The position numbers and the translations under genes are program-made. From the NCBI GenBank assembly GCA_947581745.1, contig CANPVW010000258.1:1-33863 (forward strand): a stretch of 33,863 nucleotides of DNA. Direction: 5' to 3'. Shown piece after piece: positions 23,020-32,104 of this stretch; position 1 is the stretch's first letter, and each line of letters starts with the position of its first letter. Below the pieces are notes generated by a model that saw only the letters and a list, made by a program, of their open reading frames with translations, was not told the DNA's origin and made no database searches. The DNA comes from Candidatus Benthicola azotiphorus (GTDB lineage: Bacteria > Gemmatimonadota > Gemmatimonadetes > Palauibacterales > Palauibacteraceae).

Positions 23020-25887
23020 TCAGTCCGCCGCCTCGATCCTCACCGCGCAGAACTTGAATCCAGGGATCTTCCCGTACGGATCGAGCGCGTCGTACGTCAG
23101 GACGTTGGCCGCGGCTTCACGGAAGTGGAACGGAATGAACACGCTGCCGGGCAGCAGGTTCTTCGAGGCCTGCGCCGTCAGCGTGATCGCTCCCCGTCTC
23201 GAGGCGACCCGCACCGCGCCCCCCTTCCGGACTCCAATGGCGGCCAGGTCGTCCGGGTGGATCTCGACTCTCGCCTCGGGCGCGATCGCGTGAAGCGCCC
23301 GAGATCGCCGGGTCATCGTGCCCGTGTGCCAGTGCTCCAGCAGACGACCCGTGTTCAGAACGAACGGGTACTCGTCGTCCGGCGGCTCCGCGGCCGGCGT
23401 GAACTCGGCGGGCACGAAGCGGCCAAGCCCGTCCGGCGTAGGGAAGGCATCGCCGAACAGGACCTGCACGCCGTCCGATTCGAGATCGGGACACGGCCAC
23501 AGCTTGCCGGTGAGTCCAAGGTTCTCGTGTGTCAGGCCGGCGTACGACGGAGCCAGCGAGGTCATCTCGTCGAACACCTCGGCCGGCGACCCGTACCGCA
23601 TCGGATACCCGAACGCGGTCGAGAGCTCGGACACGATCTTCCAGTCCTCCCGGGCCGAGCCGGGCGGCTGCAGCGCCTTCCGACCCACCTGCACACGGCG
23701 ATCGGAATTCGTGTACGTGCCCACCTTCTCCAGGTGAGTGGTGGCCGGGAGAATGACGTCGGCGAACTCCGCCGTCTCGGTGAGAAAGATGTCCTGCACG
23801 ACCAGGAAATCGAGGTTGGCCAGAGCCTTCCGGACCTTGTTCACGTTTGGGTCCGAGAGGAAGGGGTTCTCGCCCATCATGTACATCGCCTTGATGTCGC
23901 CGGCCAGCGCGGCCCCCATGATCTCGACGACCGTCAGGCCCGGGTCCGGATCGAGATCGACGCCCCAGGCGGCCTCGAACTTCGCCCGCACGTCCGGGTC
24001 CTTCACGCTCTGGTAGTCCGGATACACGATCGGGATGAGCCCCGCGTCCGACGCCCCCTGTACGTTGTTCTGGCCGCGCAGCGGGTGGAGTCCGGTCCCC
24101 GGTTTCCCGATGTTGCCCGTCATCATCATCAGCGCGATGAGGCAGCGCGCGTTGTCCGTCCCGTGCACGCTCTGGGCGATCCCCATTCCCCAGAACACCA
24201 TCGCCGTCCTCGCCTCGCCGAACAGGCGGGCCACCCGGCGGATGTCTTCCGCCGGCACGCCGCAGATCTCCGCGGAGACCTCGGGATCGTATTTCTCGAC
24301 CAGTGCCTTCAGGGCCTCGAAGTCCTTCGTGCGCGTGCGGATGAACTCGTGATCGACCAGATCCTCCGCGATCAGGACGTTCATCACCGCGTTGTAGAAC
24401 GCGACGTCCGTTCCGGGGCGGATCTGGATGAACAGCTCGGCGTGATCGGCCATGTCGATGCGGCGAGGCTCGACCACGATGATCTTCGTCTTCCCTTCCC
24501 GGGCCGCCTGTTTCATGAACGTGGCGGCCACCGGGTGATTGACGGTCGTGTTCGAGCCGGTGATCAGCGCCACTTCCGCGTTCGCCACGTCGCCGAACAC
24601 GTTAGTCACGGCCCCCGAACCGATGCCCTCCAGAAGCGCCGAGACCGACGAGGCGTGGCACAGCCGCGTGCAGTGGTCGATGTTGTTCGTTCCGAATCCG
24701 GCCCGGATCAGCTTCTGGAACAGGTAGGCTTCCTCGTTGCTGCACTTCGCGCTCCCGAAGCCCGCCATCGCCGCGGACCCGTGCTCTTCCTTGATCTCGC
24801 GCAGGCGACGGCCCGCCAGCTCCAGGGCCTCCTCCCACGTCGCTTCTCGGAAGTGGGGCAGCACGTGCTCGTAGTCGACGAGCCCGCCGGGGCGCCGCCG
24901 CCTCTTCTGGTCGGACTCCTCGACCTCGGGCGACAGCGGCCCCTTGGGATAGGCCGAATCACGACGGATCAACGGTACGGTGAGGCGCTGCGGGTGGTGC
25001 GCGTAGTCGAATCCGTACCGGCCTTTCACGCACAGGCGCTCGTCGTTGACGGGGCTGGCCCGCCCGTCCGCGTACACGACCCGGTTCTGCTCCTCATCGA
25101 CGTGGTAGGTGATGGCGCAGCCCACTCCGCAATAGGGACAGACCGAGTCCACCTGCGTGAGCTCGGAGCGGGGCTTCGGCTCCGGCGTCATCCACGCATC
25201 GACGATCTGCACGAGGGAGAGAGCGCCGGTGGGGCACACCTTCTCGCACTCGCCGCACGAGACGCAGGTGCTGGCGCCCATCGGGTCATCGAGGTCGAAC
25301 CCGATGCGAGTGGAATAGCCCTTCCCGGTGCGTCCGATGACCGCGTTCACCTGCACGTCGTCGCATGCCCGGATGCAGCGGTCGCACAGGATGCAGGACT
25401 GATGGTCTACCCGGATGACCGGCGAGGATCGATCGATCGGGCGTCCGTTGCCGGATGGGATGCCGGCCACCGCGCCGGTCCGATCCCCGGACGCCGCGGC
25501 CGGCGGCCAGTCGACGCCGTACTGCGCCGCGAGCGCCAGCAGCTCGTCGCTCCGGGTCTTGCCGTCGGACTCCGCGTCGGTCGGGTAGTCTGCCAGCAGC
25601 AGCTCGGTCAGACCCTTCCGGCACGCGTCTATCTTCTCGTTGCGCGTGGTGACGACCATCCCGTCCGTCGCCTCGCGCATGCAGGAGGCGGTGAGCTTCT
25701 TCTCGCCCACGTCCACGAGGCAGACTCTGCAGACGCCCACCGGCGGCAGCCGAGGGTCGTGGCACAGCACCGGAATCTCGACTCCGGCCGTCCGGGCGGC
25801 TTCCCAGATCGTCGATCCCGCCGGGACCTGGACCTCGGCGCCATCGATCGTGAGACGGAGCGTGGTCTCCACCGCTTGCTCGCTCAT
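23020..25887 (-). CDS. fdsA: Formate dehydrogenase alpha subunit, NAD-linked FdsA type (N-terminal NuoG-like 2Fe-2S/4Fe-4S domains plus Mo/W-bis-MGD domain), Cys form
   Basis: The product starts at MSEQAVETTLRLTIDGAEVQVPAGSTIWEAA...PVLCHDPRLPPVGVCRVCLV (2Fe-2S). Ferredoxin motifs follow (CILCDRCIRAC, CVSCGECEKVCPTGA), then CPYCGVGC, LCVKGRYGFDY and the active-site region HCTRLCHASSV. There is no in-frame stop. ATG 25887 has GGAGGAGAG upstream. Confidence 0.93.
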   Translation of the reverse strand: MSEQAVETTLRLTIDGAEVQVPAGSTIWEAARTAGVEIPVLCHDPRLPPVGVCRVCLVDVGEKKLTASCMREATDGMVVTTRNEKIDACRKGLTELLLADYPTDAESDGKTRSDELLALAAQYGVDWPPAAASGDRTGAVAGIPSGNGRPIDRSSPVIRVDHQSCILCDRCIRACDDVQVNAVIGRTGKGYSTRIGFDLDDPMGASTCVSCGECEKVCPTGALSLVQIVDAWMTPEPKPRSELTQVDSVCPYCGVGCAITYHVDEEQNRVVYADGRASPVNDERLCVKGRYGFDYAHHPQRLTVPLIRRDSAYPKGPLSPEVEESDQKRRRRPGGLVDYEHVLPHFREATWEEALELAGRRLREIKEEHGSAAMAGFGSAKCSNEEAYLFQKLIRAGFGTNNIDHCTRLCHASSVSALLEGIGSGAVTNVFGDVANAEVALITGSNTTVNHPVAATFMKQAAREGKTKIIVVEPRRIDMADHAELFIQIRPGTDVAFYNAVMNVLIAEDLVDHEFIRTRTKDFEALKALVEKYDPEVSAEICGVPAEDIRRVARLFGEARTAMVFWGMGIAQSVHGTDNARCLIALMMMTGNIGKPGTGLHPLRGQNNVQGASDAGLIPIVYPDYQSVKDPDVRAKFEAAWGVDLDPDPGLTVVEIMGAALAGDIKAMYMMGENPFLSDPNVNKVRKALANLDFLVVQDIFLTETAEFADVILPATTHLEKVGTYTNSDRRVQVGRKALQPPGSAREDWKIVSELSTAFGYPMRYGSPAEVFDEMTSLAPSYAGLTHENLGLTGKLWPCPDLESDGVQVLFGDAFPTPDGLGRFVPAEFTPAAEPPDDEYPFVLNTGRLLEHWHTGTMTRRSRALHAIAPEARVEIHPDDLAAIGVRKGGAVRVASRRGAITLTAQASKNLLPGSVFIPFHFREAAANVLTYDALDPYGKIPGFKFCAVRIEAAD

Positions 25888-26276
25888 GCCTCTCTCCTCC
25901 GGGGCCACAACGACCACACGATGAAGCCGCCGAATCCCACCGTGATCAGTCCCGCGATGCGGAGGGCGATCGGCCGCAGGCCCGCTCCCCACTCGGCGAT
26001 CGCCTGTATGCTGCCCAGGCCGACAATCGGTATGGCGACGCCCGACACGAAGATCAGCGCTCCGAGCGCTCTAAGGGTGCGCGGCATCCGGGAGACCGGT
26101 GCGGCGATCCACATGAAAACGCCGACGGCCAGACGAATCGCGACCACGAGCCACAGTCGCTCGGGCCTCAGGAATACCTCCGCGAGATCCACCAGGCCGT
26201 CGGGCTGCACGATCACCCAGCCACCGAACCCGGCGACGAGCCAGCCGAACGCGAGGACGATCTGCCGGGCTATCAC
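25884..26276 (-). CDS. Small integral membrane protein (about 4 TM helices), unknown family, embedded in the fds operon
   Basis: The 130-aa product has four hydrophobic spans: IVLAFGWLVAGFGGWVIV, LWLVVAIRLAVGVFMWIAA, LGALIFVSGVAIPIVGL and IAGLITVGFGGFIVWSLW. Its GTG start overlaps the upstream stop (GTGA) and its stop overlaps the fdsA ATG (ATGA). Confidence 0.65.
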   Translation of the reverse strand: MIARQIVLAFGWLVAGFGGWVIVQPDGLVDLAEVFLRPERLWLVVAIRLAVGVFMWIAAPVSRMPRTLRALGALIFVSGVAIPIVGLGSIQAIAEWGAGLRPIALRIAGLITVGFGGFIVWSLWPRRREA

Positions 26277-27904
26277 GTCGCCCCTCCATTTCCTGTCGCT
26301 CCCGGCACCTCTTCCGGCCAGTGCCGGGCCACCGAGAGCAGGGGATTCAGCGCCACGTATCCGAGCCCGCAGATCGACGTCTCGGTGAGCAGAAGGTTGA
26401 GCTTCTCGATCACCTGCATGTCGACCGGCTCACCCGTGCTGACCGCCCGCTCCAGGAGCCCGGTGGCCTTCTCGGTGCCGTCCCGGCACGGGACGCACTT
26501 GCCGCACGACTCGTTGCGGAAGAAGCGCACGATGTTCGTGGCGAGCGGCAGGAGCGGGGTGCCCTCCGCCACGACCACCAGGGCTCCCGAGCCCATCATG
26601 CTGCCCGCCTCGGCGAGCGCGGCGAAGTCCACCGGCGTCTCGATCCGGTCCGGCGGGAGGAAGTGCGACGATGCACCGCCCGGCGCGAACGCCTTGAGCG
26701 CCCGTCCTCCACTCACGCCGCCCGCGATCTCGATCAGCTCGGCCACCGTGGTGCCCATCGGAATCTCGTACACGCCGGGCTTCTCGACGTGACCCGAGAC
26801 GGCCACGAACTTGAGGCCCGCGCACCCGTTCACCCCGCGTCCCATCCACCAGTCGGCTCCCTCCGCGGCGATGGCGGCCGCGTGCGCGAAGGTCTCCACG
26901 TTGTTCATCAGGGTCGGGAGTCCGTACAGGCCCTTCTGCCCCGGGAACGGCGGCTTGTTGCGCGGCTCGCCACGCCGGTCCTCGAGCGCCTCGAGCAGGG
27001 CGGTTTCCTCACCGAGGATGTAGCCGCCGGGGGAGATGAACACCTCCACGTCGAAATCGAAGCCGCTTCCGAGGATGTCCGGACCGAGCCAGCCGATGTC
27101 CCGGGCGCGCGCGATCTCCTCCTCGAGGCAGGCGCGCGCCTCCTCGTACTCGTGGCGCAGATAGATGATGCCGCGTGAAGCGCCGATCGCGAGGCCGGCC
27201 AGCATCATCCCTTCGATGACCAGATACGGCAGGTCCTCCAGGATGACCCGGTCCTTGAAGGTGCCCGGCTCGCTCTCGTCCGCGTTGCACACGACGTACT
27301 TCGGCGTGGCCGCCTCTGCGCGCACCAGCTTCCACTTGAGGCCCGTCGGGAAGCCGGCGCCTCCCATTCCGCGCAGGCCGCTCTTCTCGAGCTCGCCGAT
27401 CAGTCGCACGGCGGCTTCGCCCGGATCATCCTGCGCCAGGGCCATGCGGACTCCTTCGTACGCGCCCTCCGCATCGCCATAGGGGTCGGTCTTCCAGGCG
27501 CGGTGTGGCTTCAGCTCCCGTTTCGGACCGCCGCCGCGAATCACTTCGACCACGGCCGCAAGGTCCGCCGCCCGGACGGGGACTCCGTTGATCCGGATTC
27601 CCGGCGCCCTCTCGCAGCACCCGAGGCAGGAGGCTTCCGCTATCTCCACTTCCGCCTGGTCCGACAGCGCTGCTCGCAGATGGTCCGCCAGTCCATCGGC
27701 CCCCGCCAGGTGACAGCTCATGTCCCGGCAAACGGATACGGTGATCGGCGCGGGCGCCGTGGTGCGGAAGTGCGGGTAGAAGGAGACCAGTTCCTGCAGT
27801 CGGTACAGGGGCACGGACAGGCGCTCGGCCAGCTCGCGCAGATCGTCCTTCTCCAGGTGCCCCCGCTCGGCCTGCAGCGCTTCGAGTTCGTGGATCAGGT
27901 GCAT
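26273..27904 (-). CDS. fdsB: Formate dehydrogenase beta subunit: NuoE-like (2Fe-2S) fused to NuoF-like (FMN/NAD, 4Fe-4S) diaphorase
   Basis: The N-terminal thioredoxin-like 2Fe-2S domain reads VSVCRDMSCHLAG...ASCLGCCERAP. NuoF motifs follow: GLRGMGGAGFPTGLKWK, YVVCNADESEPGTFKDR and ESCGKCVPCRDG. Confidence 0.9.
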   Translation of the reverse strand: MHLIHELEALQAERGHLEKDDLRELAERLSVPLYRLQELVSFYPHFRTTAPAPITVSVCRDMSCHLAGADGLADHLRAALSDQAEVEIAEASCLGCCERAPGIRINGVPVRAADLAAVVEVIRGGGPKRELKPHRAWKTDPYGDAEGAYEGVRMALAQDDPGEAAVRLIGELEKSGLRGMGGAGFPTGLKWKLVRAEAATPKYVVCNADESEPGTFKDRVILEDLPYLVIEGMMLAGLAIGASRGIIYLRHEYEEARACLEEEIARARDIGWLGPDILGSGFDFDVEVFISPGGYILGEETALLEALEDRRGEPRNKPPFPGQKGLYGLPTLMNNVETFAHAAAIAAEGADWWMGRGVNGCAGLKFVAVSGHVEKPGVYEIPMGTTVAELIEIAGGVSGGRALKAFAPGGASSHFLPPDRIETPVDFAALAEAGSMMGSGALVVVAEGTPLLPLATNIVRFFRNESCGKCVPCRDGTEKATGLLERAVSTGEPVDMQVIEKLNLLLTETSICGLGYVALNPLLSVARHWPEEVPGATGNGGAT

Positions 27905-28061
27905 CCGAAACCCATCCGTGATCGAGGAAGATCCCGCGCCATGATCGGGTCGGCTGAAAAGTAGGTCGCACGGCCGGGCCCTGCCACGGACCGCAGCCTG
28001 ATCCTATACTGGCTAACACAGCGAGCGCGGCAAAGGGAGCAAGTGAGAGGAGCCGGAGCAC

Positions 28062-30662
28062 TTGGGTTCGCTGATCGAGCAGATACGGGCCGGACTCCGC
28101 GGTCGGTACGAGGTGGAGGCCGAGATCGGCCGCGGAGGGATGGCGACCGTGTTTGTGGCTACCGACGCCCGCCACGAGCGTCGCGTGGCCATCAAGGTTC
28201 TCGATCCAGAGGTCGGCACGGCCGCCGGAAAGGAACGCTTCGACCGCGAGATCAAGCTGACCGCCGGGCTCTCGCATCCACACATCCTCTCGGTGATCGA
28301 CTCGGGTGAGTTGCCCGGTCCGCCGGTTCGAGCCTGGTACGCGATGCCGTACATCGAGGGCGACTCGCTTCGCGCGAGACTCGACCGAGAGGGGCAGCTG
28401 CCGGTCCCCGACGCCATCCGCATAGCCACGCAAGTACTTGATGCGCTGGACCATGCGCATCGGAAAGGTATCGTCCACCGGGACATCAAACCGGAGAACA
28501 TCCTCCTGCAGGAAGGCCACGCCCTGATCGCCGATTTCGGCGTCGCGCGGCTCGGGCGGCCCGAAGCCGGCCAAGCTCTCACGGCCACGGGAATGACGGT
28601 CGGGACACCCAGCTACATGAGCCCCGAGCAGCTCACTGCCGCCGGGAGCCTCGATCACCGGGCCGACATCTACTCGGTGGGCTGCGTCCTGTACGAGATG
28701 CTGTGCGGAGTGACTCCCTACGCCGGACCGTCCCCGATGGCGATCGTCGCGCAGGCGATGACGGGTGACGTGCCGGCGGTGGCGAGCCAGCGTCCTTCGG
28801 CCGCGGCACTGCAGCCGGTGCTCGATCGGGCGCTGGCGCGGCTGCCCGCCGACCGGTACGGGACGGCGCCCGAGATGATGTCTGATCTCGAGGCCCTGGC
28901 CAACCGCGGGACGGCCGCGTTGTCTCCTCCGGTTTCGCCGGCGCGCCACCGCCGCTACTGGTTGCTCGCCTCGCTGCTCGTGCTGCTCGTCCCGGCGATC
29001 TGGTGGCTGTGGCCGCGAGGCGCGGTTCGACCTTCCGGGAACGCGACGATCGCCGTGCTCCCGTTCCGTCCGGTCGGGGGGGGCGCGGACGAAATCGCCT
29101 CCGGAATCACCATCAGCGTGCGCGATCGTCTCGCCGTCGTCGACGGCATCGACGTGGTCGGGGAGACTTCGAGCGGCGCGGAAGAGCTCAACTCGCTTCC
29201 CGCGCCTGCGCTCGCCCGTCGGCTGGGTGCGGATTACCTCCTGCGGGCCGTCGTGGAAAAGGACATCGCCGGCGACCGGATCGAGGTTCGCCCGGAGCTG
29301 TTCGGCGCCAACGGGACCCGGATCGGCTTCTGGGACCAGAGGCCTATCGTGGTCGACGCCGCCACGCTGTCAGACGTGGAGCGGACGATCGCGGGGGACG
29401 TAGTCAGCGCGCTCGACCTGACGATCGGCGAGGCGGCCCGGGCCAACCTGGCCCCGCCGCAGAGCAATCCCGCGGCCTATGAGGCGTACCTGAGGGCCCA
29501 GCACCTCACGGGCGAAGCCCGCACGGCCCGTCTTCTCGAAGCGATCGCCCTCGATTCCACCTTCGCCCTGGCCTATGCCGATCTGGCGCTGTCAGCGGCG
29601 GTGCAATTCAACTTCGGAGCCCGGACCGCCGCCGACAGCGCCCGCATCGGGGAGCTGGCCGACGCGGCGCTCAGGCACGGCCCGGAGCTGGCCGCGAGCT
29701 TCCTGGCGGAGGGGCTGTACCACCGCACCGTCACGCAGAATCTGGACTCGGCGCTCTACTATCTGGACCGTGCCCGCGCCCTGGCTCCGGGGCGGGTGGG
29801 CATCATGCACTTCCGGGCATCGGCTCTTTGGTCTGCCGGCTTCCTGGACAGCGCACTGGTCGAAGCGCAGCGTGCGGCCGGCCTCGATCCTCTGAGCGCA
29901 TCGGCCGTGTCGCGTGTATCACGGAATCTGCTGTGGCAGCATCGCCTCGGCGAAGCCTGGGCGCGCCACGAAGAGGCGCGTCCCCTGGGGGTGCGGGAGC
30001 GAGCCGACTTCGTGCTGGCCGACGGCGCGTTCATCCAGGCGGCGATGGGGTCGCTCGATTCCGCGCGGGCCGCCGTGTCGACGATCTCGGATCCGGAGCT
30101 CCGCGGCGCGGTCGCCGGAAACTTGCTGACCAGCAGTCTCCAGGGATGGCTGGTCGACGATTCGCTGGCCCTGCGCGTCTGCCGGGCGCCGCAGAACGCG
30201 GGGTTCGTACGCCAGTGGCCCGAGGATCGCCTGATCGGGTGCGCCCTGGAGGCACGCTCGCGGGGTGATACGGCACGCGCCCGGGCGATGGCCGACTCGG
30301 CCCGCTCTGTCTTGCGCTCTCTGGTGGACGAACGTCCTGGAGACGAGCTGTACAGGATGCGCCTCGCCTACGCGGACTTCCTGGCCGGCGACAGGGAAGC
30401 CGCCCTCGCCCAGGCGGATTCCAGCATCGCCATCCGCAATGCCTACTGGGACTTCTATCCCGGGGCGGTGAACGCGATATGCTACGCCCGGCTCGTCGCC
30501 ATGGCCGGTGACGCGGACCGGGCCGTCCGGGAGCTCGGCCCCATGCTATCAGGATACTCCCCCCTCACCGTGGACTGGCTGCGGATCGATCCCGCCTTCG
30601 ACGAAATCCGCGGTCGACCCGAGTTCCAGGCCGTGCTCCGCACCGGCGGCCTCACTGAATAG
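28062..30662 (+). CDS. Ser/Thr protein kinase, single-pass membrane, with extracytoplasmic 'LPF' module and TPR-like region
   Basis: Kinase motifs are GRGGMATV, AIKVL, HRDIKPENILL, DFGVA and GTPSYMSPEQ. A TM segment YWLLASLLVLLVPAIWWLW follows, then IAVLPFRPVGGGADEIASGITISVRDRL and an Ala/Leu-rich TPR-like tail. The start is TTG at 28062 (GAGAGGAG ~11 nt upstream). The N-terminus is parallel to the paralog at 17259-19499. Confidence 0.88.
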   Translation: MGSLIEQIRAGLRGRYEVEAEIGRGGMATVFVATDARHERRVAIKVLDPEVGTAAGKERFDREIKLTAGLSHPHILSVIDSGELPGPPVRAWYAMPYIEGDSLRARLDREGQLPVPDAIRIATQVLDALDHAHRKGIVHRDIKPENILLQEGHALIADFGVARLGRPEAGQALTATGMTVGTPSYMSPEQLTAAGSLDHRADIYSVGCVLYEMLCGVTPYAGPSPMAIVAQAMTGDVPAVASQRPSAAALQPVLDRALARLPADRYGTAPEMMSDLEALANRGTAALSPPVSPARHRRYWLLASLLVLLVPAIWWLWPRGAVRPSGNATIAVLPFRPVGGGADEIASGITISVRDRLAVVDGIDVVGETSSGAEELNSLPAPALARRLGADYLLRAVVEKDIAGDRIEVRPELFGANGTRIGFWDQRPIVVDAATLSDVERTIAGDVVSALDLTIGEAARANLAPPQSNPAAYEAYLRAQHLTGEARTARLLEAIALDSTFALAYADLALSAAVQFNFGARTAADSARIGELADAALRHGPELAASFLAEGLYHRTVTQNLDSALYYLDRARALAPGRVGIMHFRASALWSAGFLDSALVEAQRAAGLDPLSASAVSRVSRNLLWQHRLGEAWARHEEARPLGVRERADFVLADGAFIQAAMGSLDSARAAVSTISDPELRGAVAGNLLTSSLQGWLVDDSLALRVCRAPQNAGFVRQWPEDRLIGCALEARSRGDTARARAMADSARSVLRSLVDERPGDELYRMRLAYADFLAGDREAALAQADSSIAIRNAYWDFYPGAVNAICYARLVAMAGDADRAVRELGPMLSGYSPLTVDWLRIDPAFDEIRGRPEFQAVLRTGGLTE

Positions 30663-30817
30663 AGTGCGGCGGGTCCGGCTGCCTGCCCGCGTGGGAGGGT
30701 GCCAAGCTCGGGCCAATCCACGCAACGGTTTCCCCCCAGGCCGTGTCCGATCGGTTGAAGGCGCCGGGAGAGGCCCGGCCTGAGCCGACGAGGCGACGAC
30801 AGGAAGAGCTCGAGCGA

Positions 30818-31360
30818 GTGGACGACTCACAGCTTCTGGCGAAGGTGCGGGCGGGAGATCCCGAAGCTGAGCGCGCCCTGTACGACGCACACGTGGACCG
30901 GGTGTTCCGCCTGGCCTATCGGATGACGGGAGACGAGGCGCTGGCCCAGGACTTCACGCAGGAGGCCTTCATTCGCGCCTTCAACAAGTTGCACACGTTT
31001 CGGGGCGATTCGGCCCTCTCCACGTGGCTGCACACGGTAACGACCTCAGTGGTCCTCAACGGATTGAGAAAAGTGAAGAAGTTCCGGACGTCGGAAATCG
31101 ATCTCGAGCAGGCCAGGGCCGTGGCGGGCGGAAGGCGCCGCGCGGAGCCCGACCTCAAGGATCGACTCACGCAGGCCATCGACGGCCTGCCCGACGGATA
31201 TCGGACTGTCTTCGTGATGCACGACATCGAGGGATACACGCACGAAGAAATAGCCGGCGCGCTGGGTGTCGCGACCGGCACTTCGAAAGCCCAGCTGTCG
31301 CGCGCCAGGGCGAAGCTCCGCGTCGAACTTGCGGACTTCGCGGAGGAAGTGGTGGCATGA
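30818..31360 (+). CDS. ECF (RpoE-like) sigma-70 factor
   Basis: The sequence reads DSQLLAKVRAGDPEAERALYDAHVDRVFRLAYRMTGDEALAQDFTQEAFIRAF...DSALSTWLHTV (regions 2.1-2.4) and LPDGYRTVFVMHDIEGYTHEEIAGALGVATGTSKAQLSRARAKLR (region 4). The start is ambiguous. GTG 30818 (AGGAAGAG 9 nt upstream) gives a typical 180 aa. GTG 30743 would add 25 Arg/Glu-rich residues. Confidence 0.85.
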   Translation: MDDSQLLAKVRAGDPEAERALYDAHVDRVFRLAYRMTGDEALAQDFTQEAFIRAFNKLHTFRGDSALSTWLHTVTTSVVLNGLRKVKKFRTSEIDLEQARAVAGGRRRAEPDLKDRLTQAIDGLPDGYRTVFVMHDIEGYTHEEIAGALGVATGTSKAQLSRARAKLRVELADFAEEVVA

Positions 31361-32076
31361 ACGACCAGAACCGCATGGACGAAGACCTCGGCGAGACCGA
31401 GAGGGACCGGTTCGACGCCGGCGTGGCGAACGCGGCGCGAGACAGCTACCGCGCGCCGCCGGAGACTCCGCGCGACGAAATGTGGACGGTGATCCAGGCG
31501 GCCCGCGCGGCCGCGGCGCCGGGAGTCGTCCCGATCCGACGCTTCCGTCCGCAGCCCTGGTGGGCAGCGGTCGCGGCGGCGCTCGTGGTGGGCGTCGTTC
31601 TCGGCCGAGGCTCCTTCGGCGGCGGTCCGGATGCGGGGGTCGGACTGTCCGACGCCGGAACCGGGACGCCTGCCGTCGTGGGCGTTGCTCCGCCCAAGGG
31701 GACGCCGAGTGCGGCGGGCACCGTGGTACCGCGCTCGTACAGGGTGGCTGCGGCCCGACATCTCAACCGCACGGCGGATTTCCTGACGATGTTCCGGGTC
31801 GACGCCCGTTCCGACCGCCTCGACGCAACGGACCTCGGAACGTGGGCGCGGCGGCTCCTGACGGACACGCGGCTCCTGATCGACTCCCCGGCGGGCGACG
31901 ATCCCGAGCTCCGGAACCTGCTCGGCGACCTGGAGCTCGTGCTGGCGCAGATCGTTCAGCTGAGAGCGGACGATCCGAACGAGGTGGAGATCATCGATGA
32001 AGGTCTGGAATCCAGTCAGTTGCTGTTCCGGCTCAAGGCCGCGGAAGCGACCGCGCCGGCGATGGTGGGACTGTAA
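31357..32076 (+). CDS. Putative anti-sigma factor (single TM), cognate to the upstream ECF sigma
   Basis: The ATG overlaps the sigma stop (ATGA). There is one TM segment, WWAAVAAALVVGVVLG, after a ~65-aa cytoplasmic N-terminus. The extracytoplasmic C-terminal part is ~150 aa. No zf-HC2 motif is seen, so the call rests on position and topology. Confidence 0.6.
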   Translation: MNDQNRMDEDLGETERDRFDAGVANAARDSYRAPPETPRDEMWTVIQAARAAAAPGVVPIRRFRPQPWWAAVAAALVVGVVLGRGSFGGGPDAGVGLSDAGTGTPAVVGVAPPKGTPSAAGTVVPRSYRVAAARHLNRTADFLTMFRVDARSDRLDATDLGTWARRLLTDTRLLIDSPAGDDPELRNLLGDLELVLAQIVQLRADDPNEVEIIDEGLESSQLLFRLKAAEATAPAMVGL

Positions 32077-32104
32077 TAGAGTCAACGGGAAGAGGAGACG
32101 AACG

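Noticed and set aside
23020-25887. Selenocysteine (in-frame TGA plus SECIS) in the formate dehydrogenase alpha subunit.
   Set aside because: The reading frame is uninterrupted and the active-site position is encoded as Cys (RLCHASSV), so this is a Cys-type enzyme.
22966-26388. A very long plus-strand ORF (1140 aa), together with similar long ORFs antisense to annotated genes: 239-1390 (+), 3060-4151 (+), 5773-6846 (-), 9604-10809 (+), 17628-18875 (+), 27426-28949 (-), 30916-32337 (-) and 32033-33136 (-).
   Set aside because: These are shadow ORFs typical of high-GC DNA. Their translations are Arg/Gly/Pro/His/Asp-rich low-complexity strings with no family motifs. The opposite strand in each case encodes a protein with multiple unmistakable family signatures (FdsA, FucP, GME, GMC, CydA, kinases, HEAT). 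Stop codons are simply rare in antisense frames at this GC content.
27905-28061. Possible molybdenum-cofactor riboswitch or other structured leader upstream of the fds operon.
   Set aside because: The 157-nt divergent region has no extended conserved-looking stem architecture that I could fold by eye. It is short once two promoters and two RBSs are accommodated. A covariance-model scan would be needed to exclude it formally.
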